Shown: in pieces, positions 15,001-21,738 of the stretch
How the letters are laid out: every line of letters starts with the position of its first letter
How positions within the stretch are numbered: the stretch's first letter is position 1
Assembly: GCA_018653365.1 (NCBI GenBank)
Contig: JABIAG010000001.1
Coordinates: forward strand, 64,001 to 128,000
Origin: Candidatus Woesearchaeota archaeon
Lineage (GTDB): Archaea; Nanobdellota; Nanobdellia; Woesearchaeales; JABIAG01
Direction of reading: 5' to 3'
DNA length: 64,000 bases
The notes under the pieces: model-generated
The model's database searches: none
Told to the model about the DNA's origin: nothing
What the model saw: the letters and a program-made list of their open reading frames with translations, nothing else
Program-made: the position numbers and the translations under genes

Positions 15001-18000
15001 CCAAGAATACGAATCAGTTCCACAATCAGAAATGCATCCTGATCTACGAACCCTTGGTTTAGAAAATCAACTAATTGCAATATATGAAAATAATTCTAAC
15101 TCTGAAGAGGTTGAAATAACAATACTAGAATTTGAAACCGCACAAGGAGTACAAGAATATTTAACACTAATTCAAACATATAATTCAGACTTAACAAGTC
15201 AGAATTGGGCAATAAGAAGTAATGTAATAATATTATCTCTTAATACAGACATAATACAAAAAGGATATGTTCTTGGAGCACCCTTCTCCGCAGCAAGCGT
15301 AGTGGACCACTTAATAAGAGATGTGACCCCTTCAATAACGTTCTTCTTCGACGAACCAACAACAATTACTTATGTATTACAAGATGACTCAAACGCGCCA
15401 AAAGCAACATCAATGGTTCAAAATGCAGCAGGAACTAGCTTTACAATAACTGCCACAGAAAACTTAATGGAAACTAATCACAAAATTATTTTGACTGCTT
15501 CAGATGTGTATGGAAATCCAAATACGCAAGAATTTTCTTTTAGTATTTTGGCAGAACCTTTTGCAATAGAACTAAAAGAACCATTATTTGGATATACAAA
15601 AGAAGACGCAACCAAAGTAGTTATCGAAACATCCAGACAGGGAGATTGTAAATGGACAACCAACTTAGACTGGAACTTTGATCAAGCAATTGCATTTGAT
15701 TCCGCGAGTTCAACACAACATAATATTACTGGGTTTAATAGATACAACCAAGATCTAAAAATATTATGTAACGATACAGGTTATTCAGGAACAGAAATAA
15801 CTGATATGTTTAGAATCACAAGAGATACCGCAGAACTAACAGCGGAATTATTTATGGATAATGTTGAATCATTAACAGGTACATTACAAGCAGTAAGTAC
15901 GGTAAGTGGCAAGACCATGATTTGTTACTACAATGAATCTGGAATTTGGAACATTTTTGATGGACTAAATGAAAGAATAGAAGATAGTTATCAAGCAATA
16001 CAAAGACAAACTTTTACTGTTGGTGATTATTTAGTTGATGGCCGTGTAAATGAAATTTCTGTGTTATGTAAAGATAAAGCACAAAATGCCTGGACTGGAT
16101 CCATTGATATAACCGTAAACACCAGTCGAGACTTCGGACTAGAATTAATCAAACCAGTAGTCGGATTTAAAACAGCAGAATCAGAAGTTGAAATACACGC
16201 AAAAACAAATCGAGATGCTAGCTGTAAGTATAGATTAGACTCAGGAAATTTATTAGGATTAGCGACAGCAAATGATAAAGACCACACAAGAACTAGGGGA
16301 CAATTAGACAGCGGAACATATAATTTACAAGTTACCTGTGAAGAAATGGGATCGGGAACACCTGCCGCAGAAAATAGAACTTTCTACATAGATACAACTG
16401 AACCTGAGATGGCATTAGTCCAAATAAGAAATTTAATTGATGACGAATATTCATATTATGAAAATGAAATATATTTTTATGTTTCAGCATATGATAATGA
16501 ATCAGGAATTACCCGATTCAACATAACTCTTTATGAATCTGGAGAGGATGATCCACTAACAACATTAACTTTCTCCAATGTAGATTCAAAAGATGTTGCA
16601 GATGACTTGGCAGATTGCCTTGCAAGTGCAGATGAAGATGAAGATGAACGAGAAGAGTGTTATGACGAAACAACACTAACTGGAAATGAAATAGATGATG
16701 TTGAAAATTGTTTAGAAGATGAAGACGAAGATTTCAGAGTAAGTAAGTCTGAAGCAAAAGCTTGTGTCGAAGAAAGCTTACCTGATCAAGAATACGACCT
16801 AACATATTACATAGAAGATGATCTAAGAGAAAGAGATCTTGAAAACGATACCGAATACGTATTAGAATCAAGAGCAATGAATGGAGTGGGAATTTGGAGT
16901 GATGCAATCGAATCTGACGAATTTACAGTAAACTGGGACATGACCCCAGCATCATGTAATGATGATAAACAAAATGGAAACGAAACTGATGAGGATTGTG
17001 GTGGAAACGAATGTCGATCATGTAGAGTAAGTGAAACCTGTACTGATGATGATGATTGCTTATCTGATAATTGTGTTTTAGGTGTTTGTAAAACCCCTAG
17101 TTGTACTGATAATAAATTAAACGGAGACGAAACTTCTAAAGATTGTGGTGGAAGTTGTGTTGGATGTGACGTAGATGAACAATGTTTAAGAAATTCAGAT
17201 TGTAACTCAAATAAATGTGATATTGCAAACGAATTATGTGAAGAAGATCCTTGTAATAATGGAATAAAAGATCTGGGAGAGGCATATATTGATTGTGGAG
17301 GATCATGTATTCCAATAAGATGTGCAACAGGTAATCCTTGTACCCAAAATGGGGACTGTCTAAGTGGAAATTGTAAAGACTTACAATGTGTAACCACATC
17401 AAGCGATACTGATAATGATGGAGTAACCGATCTAGATGATAATTGCATGTCTGTAGCAAATACTGATCAAACAGACATAGATGGTGATAACAAAGGAGAT
17501 GAATGTGATAATGACATTGATGGCGATAGAATGGACAATGACTGGGAAATAAGATATGGATTAAACCAAAGATTCATTGGAGACGCAAATGGCGACATAG
17601 ACCAAGATGGATTAACCAATGTACAAGAATACGATGAAGGAACAGACCCCACAAATATAGATAGTGATGGGGACGGAATGAGTGACGGAGAAGAAATAGC
17701 AAAAGGAAGAAATCCAAGAGTAGCAGACTCTTCAATATTAAAAACAATCTTAATCATACTTTTAGTTTTGGCAGCTCTGGGTGTAGTTGGGTTCATAGCT
17801 TACAAGAAATTCGCTAAGCCACCACTTTCCCCACCCTCTACACCACGAGCGCTAAAACCATTACCTAAAAAATTACCTCCTTTAAAGAAAAAATTACCCC
17901 CAATGGGCTTGCGACCTTTAAGGCCAGCTTTAAAGAAGAAAATAAAACCTCTAACAAAAAAACCAATAGTTAGAAGAGGACTCCCACCAAAACTAAAAAC

Positions 18001-18235
18001 CCTAAAAAAACCAATTCCAAACAAAAAACCTGTTAAGGAATACGTTAATTTAAATGAATTAGGTAAATCGGATAAGTCTATAAAGAAACCGGCTAAAAAA
18101 CAAGACGCATTATCTAAACTTAAAGAACTAGGACAAAAAACTCCAAGTGCTAAGACCAAACCAACAACTAAAAGTTCAACACCACAAAAAGATCCTTTTT
18201 CAAAACTAAAAAAGATGAAAAAAACAAAAAAATGA
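2..18235 (+). CDS. Giant membrane-anchored surface protein (>6,077 aa, 5'-partial): tandem Ig-like repeats, Cys-rich DCGG repeats, TSP3-like Ca-binding repeats, one C-terminal TM helix, Pro/Lys-rich tail
   Basis: The frame is open from base 2 (VETFNLIIDNKKP...) through the GTG at 182, so the true start lies left of the window. Recurrent 'D..GN...D..[AP]P' Ig-like motifs; ETDEDCGG repeats at ~16955-17390; DxDxDG repeats at ~17405-17725; TM ILKTILIILLVLAALGVVGFIAY; basic tail. Confidence 0.9.
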   Translation, partial: VETFNLIIDNKKPDITIYKNTNIFDDFTETNAGPPQELLTNPSVKSSDTFTLKCRDIRQRVPQPSATKWFSQSDPATGSSSVDTISLDRTVFRDQIIIVPIYSYEVMISQKVGSCNYLTEVYESGNKIAESLILKDSQITVNQFNNFIFENLEMNGEKSYTFKIKKQGTCTGVINGEPDSKVVLADDSHLPTEAGCPEILYSKTNVASLTQFIEGIDDFSLGTTRVVYTSATDLEGNVNAINFNFQDKVDSKAPVIGEPVISVPNDPDNYIQSSVDVTGVSVTVTIKDEKALLTPKPTAWIRVINYTNPAEAGLPKHWNQYPLATTDAFLADQPMTYTGTITLQPGRNKIFIFAQDDIGRIQQKEATLIYYVDEIAPNLAENGIFIENTDPLGSNADYIPAENKFILEKKTNYTFTIEGEDENYTRLISSIRVEFPANPGFDFDLVEDDNIVTLNTFEENLTQEVGSFIPVGDAYTFNVLITDAAGNVKTETFNFEVVDTSAPVILSAEIICTDRCVDESTATDQIYRLGKRPAIHTIRVVFDEPVTRNIEEFEYLVKRGSWQSKAPPAIAQFRDADVAKTERYFQFTIFGSPDETEAKIELRGIHSADSATPLTFDSTEYFTLIKDLEVPSQPTIETPQDNTFYQTGQTVSFRGIASDSKYLEIRRTNELDFFNDDPFDLNPKLNPNTISVSESNIVYDASQICIPYTTLLTRIADKQTLHDNSGSYLSIGGSTYYYQYTFDQTQTKPYDQTACGATEDTDVYHTINLVGGPATLPTQNGVVNLDIYTNEDPAGLFVFSNDTTLLPQDTYVYEFVAIDSVENKADPKELTFYVDKTPPSFHITPLHNSRSDLKYDATVNIFEDFDLDSIGQYNSLDLSTVELNLTNAVTSKSLIITDITPGSQTYTPFAGAIQPSTNVQVQTEGEITHISIPKEVFRESDIIAQRECTGSTGNSDLVKIQVINAVDKAGNAASSIPNLFTYDPCSYGITINLDQALQGRTVPEAYEPNRFQGAAKAYERHYYVNNDGMDVDLNVIYDVSSIPGFKAGISSAKAEAVYQDPGTEIDAISITESVVNNHVVRFHGLENGKDYQIELTSNLIDINTPTNVGEDYFHYLWIHVDNEAPVINSISSPDSVLSPRIIQEAYVNEENDVLNLNVEFVEVSNTPQETGYKLNTTTLTLNEPSFDETQEVLYYDASGNSLYNIEEPNLVLKIDPSEALAHDGWLNKPIEIRLEDKAGNEHFMTYINFYIDLNKPTITAQADNQPEAWKQHLPDTGDDVIILCECTDNDESGCQNELTYYVSEKLSQEVYEDDERVSELINDSYRLSSTYSTGQIENLDNFEEGDEGYYAIGCYGVDNAGNVNYSVTRAHIDNKGPSILPQSNPTAASSSFYHVDRGEDKYFTMYDNPEIYFKTNEESRCGIAFDYSINPPATIPLTEVTSTKEHRFTINPPSGILAPQGNRVHIKCQDIKSNSETKTLEILKKSQSYTLDLTISGVNTGKVYTEQSIPSQFDLRVTEPTGRFKVGCEYDFVNPADTLMLQNIYANLTKDSEFSTTQQVRYSDFKDATGPFTGLPGTGGQYSVDVTANCMNFYGKEPSPAVTGQFAYQPNTQLDVVLVEPVDGQKYNNLDDVFIRADTNIFGNPTGLTCFFSVSSPQFNPNQKNMDSSALISQTFSGYSSVFVHDGIPNYLIGEVGETYQVAVTCIFGSQAAFSPPSISILIDDTPPQITGLTVYDKRCDDVTKQVLPLYDPGTGAVYYAKETEICVESEITEALTEIESVELEYPSSTRDITANFKNTIPGNGILITATTLNLNLREGDEEEIILRAQDTIGNAPSTFTRKIILDQTPPVIDSIIINPTGSLGTPLMKDNKYIYKVADDEPLEISVTTDEPALIKLFEFSELDASSDYVTTDFLNTLLTIGEHTYKINATDRAGNLQTSQELEIVNDHIAPRVDAVANNKPSYFEIRGQNFGVLTPTLELYFRDATGIKYGNFTTYRMFRSGPNVDQAEKLTHEWLEVVPENLGNDQYKFTLDVASDLIPNEVYWDDFHYYIAYDVMDNLTNTGGENNSNHFNFGVNEEAPQLHSASLENQYWQNPKQTLILTYNDEPTKRDQHVKINRFEVIENSFTAAAMAKVDFENYDAYLEGEVIPNEGTGRRQFTITPNTEWTCSHCIFRLEEARIVLPTGEPANSAFQFGEILFYIDKNDSEIMEIELDADTNLLYNAEDLRLNAHMTEQTLSGIRTKDDTITLLVRFKDEKIIDGRETRNLTIKLDGTPIFNGEVESDRDEDTHSVYEKTQEITLVPGTNTITVQSTDLSGRQSTTFTRTLWLDEEEPTLSNLGFVYEDNIVDLSTTELVFKTNLVDFDLTGTYTTDDDATIYLDGTSYTTDGVQPSGAFTIPNIVLDQPSIGNEQENNFDIVIEDSVENKQITPLKVIVDKLAPELILVDTTNTELDLVGGNQIYYRYLSDDINLTVKSTTEGLAGCKMYFGGLPAADMTETITNEFFYETGTLVGNYDFYIVCEDNFGNQNQLDSSLWQYTDPVITGINPVLTQTLFIHPEDFENEFDLRITPVPNTNEIKCKYDFILDEGARPKLLDSNQNPIKLTYEEMQEDDEWEQIAFLPWGGKGKNTLREIIGAGYTTNYLSVNVTCKDRSGTEIDQKVDFEIDDDFNLQFKFDYPPTHEEVNWVADKKIRTGEMFSIIVNRPDAQCSVEGTPDIALLGNPTTINDPDYKLATRYEFEQTIDSGASGRPASVALPDDAQEFTVNCQILGQPIQTKTLEFIGDNTAPDVPQLNLVQTGYNKTTQTVRFTIDNLENVLENNMNDSVIKLQADNINGGPIYQDVEYNVSPDTLNNYVFEFVFEDLIKETLTGEVEEKYNFWVQAWDDLELGPVSSNILELTYDNKSPTIDSYVIENSVQNGNIYYVGSDPTITGTVSEVDSIITFDAFTTTGTTTGNDFIITKTLIDNADIIISLRSKDALENIGEETSEIILHKDLTGPTFVDATGSLSEGTGFEVTKFKELSQLLITFEDNSGFSAGQQPVLAKAERDSADVTGETTISYYGSLDENSNGFDERIIYEIELASGFTSPSATEASQYEFEVDVKDSFGTPTTFNFKFTIDPRVPEITVETEGRTSINEFKFNISDDSNNIETSTLTIELEGNEEGITNYDYADGCVISTPVTKHECTLTTPFTQSQTVTYEIYVEDDLANSNELTGQYEHDLTPISIDESTILIEGEDSSYDILADGKTNITFEIINNEPLEEITCSYSLDTDATYQQMIDAGTSEVVTIISDNLIKFLDIFNSVGSTEGAHTLYVSCKDESGNVNESIDIPFTVDTQIPAITNVELTTVGPHQGGRSGEDFLFETGNNVLTISGTYTSNDGIIVTTEAMGQTYTHTDVVSDGQFSLTTVVLETPSSGDAKEINELILNITDSAGNVNDTLKVNITLDKEKPNLEIVETSNALVGTVGNDLVYWTIANADVNLAVEANEYLETCAIHFSGLDETLTTKPADNKFTYSLANFGGISWDFEITCTDRYDNVETLYSTLKKYTESSFDEIELRVSPLIIDSPISDNFALEVLPKRAGSYLEDQELHGIQCEYDFIGLGALSEQSQFIINKEELYDNGKWELPANLPRSDGRGGNKLNTLTNAQYIVNATCRNLRGTKVNASAKFGINTEYDANFKFISPGVNEDAVHCEDCHAARKVVGGETIIILANKGDLSCNLDGTTPLTEGVLNGDVDFPLGVEFYFTLPNTGADGSSENTLEVTCISNADISDNQPKRLYYYEDNQAPQEDPVIILPSNRFNKTTQTVTVGITNLAALTEHNLHDALFIIHAKDLSNNNEYEKEFQINITTTEITFEFNELITDDPGMDAEKEYELWAEAWDDVSNGPVSSISAPLTMYFDNLDPVLSLEYTGVEGVNSLTARNIAIRLTEESNLDVTDGITPLITLTGAQDGDGYVFTPTEYKTYILKAEPTDLTGNKGEWSNTISLTYNDEAPEFRDELPSDNAIVGGTQVDFSISVEDENGLDTSTLQAFINGTPITPIPIITTSNVGTRGIITFTQLGMAAEPYNITVYLDDMLGNQGEFEWTVNTNNDAPTQPTWTVPQYTNNKLQPVTITFNELVVIDAADAVTINGEVITVPATPATTFTFTPTVDLMGDDEEKTINVVVNAHLSGGTGVDFPFTKTFTVDTIEPVVNTFESIPQETTVDLNEITLLGTFTETNLEKIEINKSTRIYAAKTYALTSFINESIELDPEENSFSVIVYDKAGNEGTATISRYYDNTVPEINAASLQIIGVTIEQDGTWIVSVEEGETITLTGTYTSTEEVTITTDINNGVVTVPPNADTFTIVGELDGTDGAEETNTITITIDDGTHITTTTLTIINDRQAPTATLVLPELGFTNDATPEIKISTDELATLCNITYQASETEMTSSGADFSYTFTTALAETAHTVLIGCEDERGNFETTPLEFTVDLTSPDFTTSFVNAELQTTDNFLLFSTDTTQLHIETFDVIKCKYKLSTETPYTPMSVNFGNSHTSQDLTLNNDEYIYNITCEDRAGNEKDKEVNLTVNTALQIQATANLNGESIKNNQPQVFIITDRPATCTPTGNGAYHTLDDTGIEITEFTTADATTHIAYLSSLASTPAPLNDGTYALPVTCQAQTTGINDGSINVQFTVDTNLDAPVITNFDDSTTIPIVTAYPDIQFTVNEEVNATIYVNNNFKQVLENIPAGTIHTFSNVHLANKGVNVITIKGVDAAGNENAASVLINLSTDNPVIDETKVRHPEHNALYGGINETYVYFNSDLAITNAEVTLIGDQGLIYNSGTIIIDNEQRKIIYNETGSLISDNYTFQINITDSAGRKSENNLIRFEIDTEAPVITVLSPNGDEVITSTTTTVTAISNKELEKATFTLNGQTQTLAPVIPPFTFTTQNLPEGRHEYEINGTRYCPTTNCGFNTGTYKNSFIIDITGPTYSNIEYSGGINHLVQIINENVDGYTYQEYESVPQSEMHPDLRTLGLENQLIAIYENNSNSEEVEITILEFETAQGVQEYLTLIQTYNSDLTSQNWAIRSNVIILSLNTDIIQKGYVLGAPFSAASVVDHLIRDVTPSITFFFDEPTTITYVLQDDSNAPKATSMVQNAAGTSFTITATENLMETNHKIILTASDVYGNPNTQEFSFSILAEPFAIELKEPLFGYTKEDATKVVIETSRQGDCKWTTNLDWNFDQAIAFDSASSTQHNITGFNRYNQDLKILCNDTGYSGTEITDMFRITRDTAELTAELFMDNVESLTGTLQAVSTVSGKTMICYYNESGIWNIFDGLNERIEDSYQAIQRQTFTVGDYLVDGRVNEISVLCKDKAQNAWTGSIDITVNTSRDFGLELIKPVVGFKTAESEVEIHAKTNRDASCKYRLDSGNLLGLATANDKDHTRTRGQLDSGTYNLQVTCEEMGSGTPAAENRTFYIDTTEPEMALVQIRNLIDDEYSYYENEIYFYVSAYDNESGITRFNITLYESGEDDPLTTLTFSNVDSKDVADDLADCLASADEDEDEREECYDETTLTGNEIDDVENCLEDEDEDFRVSKSEAKACVEESLPDQEYDLTYYIEDDLRERDLENDTEYVLESRAMNGVGIWSDAIESDEFTVNWDMTPASCNDDKQNGNETDEDCGGNECRSCRVSETCTDDDDCLSDNCVLGVCKTPSCTDNKLNGDETSKDCGGSCVGCDVDEQCLRNSDCNSNKCDIANELCEEDPCNNGIKDLGEAYIDCGGSCIPIRCATGNPCTQNGDCLSGNCKDLQCVTTSSDTDNDGVTDLDDNCMSVANTDQTDIDGDNKGDECDNDIDGDRMDNDWEIRYGLNQRFIGDANGDIDQDGLTNVQEYDEGTDPTNIDSDGDGMSDGEEIAKGRNPRVADSSILKTILIILLVLAALGVVGFIAYKKFAKPPLSPPSTPRALKPLPKKLPPLKKKLPPMGLRPLRPALKKKIKPLTKKPIVRRGLPPKLKTLKKPIPNKKPVKEYVNLNELGKSDKSIKKPAKKQDALSKLKELGQKTPSAKTKPTTKSSTPQKDPFSKLKKMKKTKK

Positions 18236-18741
18236 AAACGAAGGCACAAACACAAATGGTATTTGTATTCATACTAATTGCAATAGTAATCGGATTGATA
18301 GTTCTATTCGCATATAAAGGAATAAGTAGTACAGTAAATACTTCAGAACAGGTCGTGGGAGCAAAACTAGTAACATCAATAAAGGCAGATGTTAGTTCAC
18401 TAAGACGATCAAGAGGAAGTTCACAAATATTCGAGTACCAAGTTCCCGGCAAAATAACAAATATTTGCTTTATACGAAGTTGTTCTGGAGACTGTAGTAC
18501 ACTTTATTCTGGATCACTGCCCATCGCGCTAAGTTCATACTCTGCAGACGATCCCCAAAAAAACATGTTCTTATTGGGAAAAGGGGATTTTGTTCTAGAA
18601 GCAATATCTTTAGGAAGTTTAGACGTGGATTATGACCGAGATGGAATCACAGATGATTTTCACTGTTTTAAAACTCCTGGAAGATTAAAAATAAGAATTC
18701 TAGGAACTGGCGCTAATGCAACAATTCAAAATGCTCAATAA
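18232..18741 (+). CDS. Class III signal peptide (type IV pilin-like) protein
   Basis: MKTKA|QTQMVFVFILIAIVIGL; ATGA overlap with the giant gene's stop. Confidence 0.8.
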   Translation: MKTKAQTQMVFVFILIAIVIGLIVLFAYKGISSTVNTSEQVVGAKLVTSIKADVSSLRRSRGSSQIFEYQVPGKITNICFIRSCSGDCSTLYSGSLPIALSSYSADDPQKNMFLLGKGDFVLEAISLGSLDVDYDRDGITDDFHCFKTPGRLKIRILGTGANATIQNAQ

Positions 18742-19735
18742 AAAAGGAATGACCTCTACAGTTTTCAACTGGGTATTTATAGCAATAGCTGGAGCACTAA
18801 TAATGCTATTCTTCTTTAAAATTATAACAACACAAACAGAAATAAGTGAAAACGAAATAACCGCGAGAATAGTAAAAGACATGGAAGATATATTAGTTGG
18901 AAAAACAATATCTACGGATTCGGCATCTGAAGTAAAAATATCTGAAAAAGACTTTGAATTCAAATGTGAAGAACCCTGTAATGAATTAACAGGGTGTAAT
19001 TCTTGGCTTGGAATAAAGAAAGCAGAAAATAGAATAGAACTCAATACACAACCTGTTTTTACAATAGAAAACTTACGATCTAGCAAAATATATGCATTTG
19101 CACAAGGATGGGATGTACCATTTCATACAGCAAACTTTCTTTACATTGCAGCACCAGGAGAAAAAATAGTTTTCCCAACAAATTGCAATACAAAACCCCT
19201 CTGTAATAAAATTTTTACACTAATACCTCAAAAATTAAAAGATGCAAGAATTGTAATAAAGGGCGAGGATGATAAGTTATCACGATTTAAAAAATACATA
19301 GAATTCGAGGTTCCATCAGGGAATCCAACTCGAAAAAAAGAGGTAGTAATTGATGAAGCAAATCACCAAATACATTTTTATGAAAACGGACGACTTCAAG
19401 CATCAGAATACTATTTTCTAGAAGAAGCAATAATTGGGGCAGCATTCACACAAGATCATAAAACATACTCTTGTAATATGAAAAAAGCATTCTACAAGTT
19501 AAGAAATTTAGCAATAGTTTTAGAAGGCAAAAGAAGTTATCTAGAAATTAATGCCCCCGCAGATCCAGCATTTTGCAGATCGCATTTCCTAACTACCCAA
19601 AACCAAATTGCGAGCTTTAACACATTATACAAAGACTTAGATACTGCAAAATTAGTAGAACTTAACACAAGAAAACAAGAATTAGAACACGAAAATAACG
19701 AGTTACGCAGAGGATCTTGCGCATCAGTATACTAA
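18731..19735 (+). CDS. Class III signal peptide pilin-like protein with helical C-terminus
   Basis: MLNKKG|MTSTVFNWVFIAIAGALIMLFF; start moved to ATG 18731. Confidence 0.8.
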   Translation: MLNKKGMTSTVFNWVFIAIAGALIMLFFFKIITTQTEISENEITARIVKDMEDILVGKTISTDSASEVKISEKDFEFKCEEPCNELTGCNSWLGIKKAENRIELNTQPVFTIENLRSSKIYAFAQGWDVPFHTANFLYIAAPGEKIVFPTNCNTKPLCNKIFTLIPQKLKDARIVIKGEDDKLSRFKKYIEFEVPSGNPTRKKEVVIDEANHQIHFYENGRLQASEYYFLEEAIIGAAFTQDHKTYSCNMKKAFYKLRNLAIVLEGKRSYLEINAPADPAFCRSHFLTTQNQIASFNTLYKDLDTAKLVELNTRKQELEHENNELRRGSCASVY

Positions 19736-19737
19736 AA

Positions 19738-20301
19738 ATGAAAAATAAACAAAGTCGAAGATTTTCAAAAGGACAACTGCACCTAATGGAATCAACCGTG
19801 GTAATGTTCGTATTTTTCTTACTCATAATGGTTGGGCTAACAGTATATTCTAATTATCAAAATGCAAAAGTAGAACGAATAAGAATTGAAACAAATGAAC
19901 AAAAAGCAACACAAATAGCGAAAAGAATGTTATTCGCACCCGAATTAGAGTGTTCCAACAATAATGCACGAACACTAGATTGTATAGAAATCCAAAAATT
20001 ACAACCCTTTGTGAATCGCGTAAAACAAAGTCCTGCATATTATAGACAAGAATTTGGAAATTCAAGAGTGAGCATAAAATGGGTTTACTCCCCAGGATTT
20101 ACAGGAACGTTTTCAGCACCTGAATTTTTTAGAGCAAACCCTACCGATATATTAGTCACTTCACCACAAAAAGAACTGTTTAATTTTAAAGCAGGAGGCG
20201 AAAGTCATAAAACGTTTACTTTCCCGATCCTATTATGGGATAAAAGACAGGTACCTGAATGGAGCTATTTCGGATGGTTGGAAGTAGAGGTAAACATATG
20301 A
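19738..20301 (+). CDS. Class III signal peptide pilin-like protein
   Basis: MKNKQSRRFSKG|QLHLMESTVVMFVFFLLIMVGL; ATG 19738 follows the upstream stop. Confidence 0.8.
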   Translation: MKNKQSRRFSKGQLHLMESTVVMFVFFLLIMVGLTVYSNYQNAKVERIRIETNEQKATQIAKRMLFAPELECSNNNARTLDCIEIQKLQPFVNRVKQSPAYYRQEFGNSRVSIKWVYSPGFTGTFSAPEFFRANPTDILVTSPQKELFNFKAGGESHKTFTFPILLWDKRQVPEWSYFGWLEVEVNI

Positions 20302-20849
20302 ACAAACGTGCTCAAATGGAAATATTTGGACTCGCCATAATATTTGTAATATTTATACTTGGATTATTGATTTTCTTAAAATTTAGTGGAGATGAACCGA
20401 TAACTACTGCAGAAGATTTTGTAATGAAACAACTACCCACGCGAATGCTTCAAACCATGATGAAAACAACAACAGGATGCAGAGAACAAGAAGTAGAAGT
20501 TCTAGTAGTTGATATTGCTTCGCATGTAAACCCTACCCCTCCTGATTATTGTACTGATATAAATGTTAATTCACAAATAAATTGTAATGGACACACAAGT
20601 TATGAAGAATTATTTGGAATAGGCAATGTAGTACCTTCAGTGTTTGCAAATAGTTTAGATATAGAAAAGAAAGATTACGAATTTATAATAAAAATGAAAG
20701 GCGGATGCGAAATTTACGCAATTAACTCAACCAATAGTTGTGCAAGAGCAAATAAGATAAGTGCAGAAACTTTTTATTTAACTTCCAATAGAGGGAAAGT
20801 AGAAATGATTATGAAAGTATGTGAAAATGTGGGGTATGCAAATGAGTGA
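20298..20849 (+). CDS. Class III signal peptide pilin-like protein
   Basis: MNKRA|QMEIFGLAIIFVIFILGLLIFL; GAGGT SD and ATGA overlap at 20298. Confidence 0.85.
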   Translation: MNKRAQMEIFGLAIIFVIFILGLLIFLKFSGDEPITTAEDFVMKQLPTRMLQTMMKTTTGCREQEVEVLVVDIASHVNPTPPDYCTDINVNSQINCNGHTSYEELFGIGNVVPSVFANSLDIEKKDYEFIIKMKGGCEIYAINSTNSCARANKISAETFYLTSNRGKVEMIMKVCENVGYANE

Positions 20850-20946
20850 TATAGTGGGACTGCCAATGTCAAAGTTTATTATACTAATAGCAAGTATAAT
20901 TTTTATTACTTTAATACTTGTAGTTGTAGTGGGAATACTTAAATGA
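20842..20946 (+). CDS. 34-aa single-TM micro-protein (not in ORF track)
   Basis: MSDIVGLPMSKFIILIASIIFITLILVVVVGILK*; overlaps the upstream stop, and its TGA overlaps the next ATG (ATGA), filling the gap exactly. Confidence 0.65.
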   Translation: MSDIVGLPMSKFIILIASIIFITLILVVVVGILK

Positions 20947-21737
20947 AATTATGCAATAAAAAAGGAAGTAGTTTAGTACAAACAACCCTGGCTAAAGTAC
21001 TCATAACCATATTAGTTTTAATAGTGTTATTAGCAATAGTCTATGTCTGGCAAGAAGAAATAACTGGCGGGGCAGATTCTAAAAAATGTAAATTTGAAGT
21101 AGTCAGAGTATCACAAACCTCAAAGATTCCAGGAATCAAAGACAAATACTTAACAGCCTATTGTCCATCCAAGGAATTGGGAATTCTAAACTTAGGAAAA
21201 GATGGGGAACGAGAAATGAGGGGCTTGGCCATAGACTTAGTAAGTGAAATGGTAGATTGCTGGGACAAATTTGGAGAGGGCAAATTAAATCCGATAAAGG
21301 GGGAGACAAATACACAAAAAACACACTGTTTTGTATGTGCATCATTTAGCATGCCAGAGGAGTTACCCTCGGCAAAGTGGGGCGAGTTTGGAAAAGAGTT
21401 AGATATAGTATTAAAAAATAATGACAATGCAAGAAAGTTTTTAGCAGACACACTATCAAAGAAAAGTATAGATCATTATGACCATCATATGCAAAAAGTT
21501 AGTGTGGATAATAATCTGATCCTCGCAGATAAAATTAAATATACTTATTTCTCCAACTTTCACCTACAAGCAGATAAAAGTTACCATCTAATAAACATCT
21601 TTGTTGTAAATAAAAAACAATTCCTTACAAACGCAGTACAAGAAGGAAAGCCAATAAACGAATATGAAACAGTAGCACGTTTGGCGTTTGTAGAAGAATC
21701 AAATTTTGAAAACGTATGTACACAATTAGAAAACTAA
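20943..21737 (+). CDS. Class III signal peptide protein, Cys-containing domain (paralog of next gene)
   Basis: MKLCNKKG|SSLVQTTLAKVLITIL; EMVDCWDKFGEGKLN...CFVC motif. Confidence 0.8.
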   Translation: MKLCNKKGSSLVQTTLAKVLITILVLIVLLAIVYVWQEEITGGADSKKCKFEVVRVSQTSKIPGIKDKYLTAYCPSKELGILNLGKDGEREMRGLAIDLVSEMVDCWDKFGEGKLNPIKGETNTQKTHCFVCASFSMPEELPSAKWGEFGKELDIVLKNNDNARKFLADTLSKKSIDHYDHHMQKVSVDNNLILADKIKYTYFSNFHLQADKSYHLINIFVVNKKQFLTNAVQEGKPINEYETVARLAFVEESNFENVCTQLEN

Positions 21738-21738
21738 A

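Noticed and set aside
349-18452. Many minus-strand ORFs of 60-213 aa inside the giant gene (similar ones occur across the window)
   Set aside because: Antisense shadows of A-rich coding sequence with no recognisable motifs.
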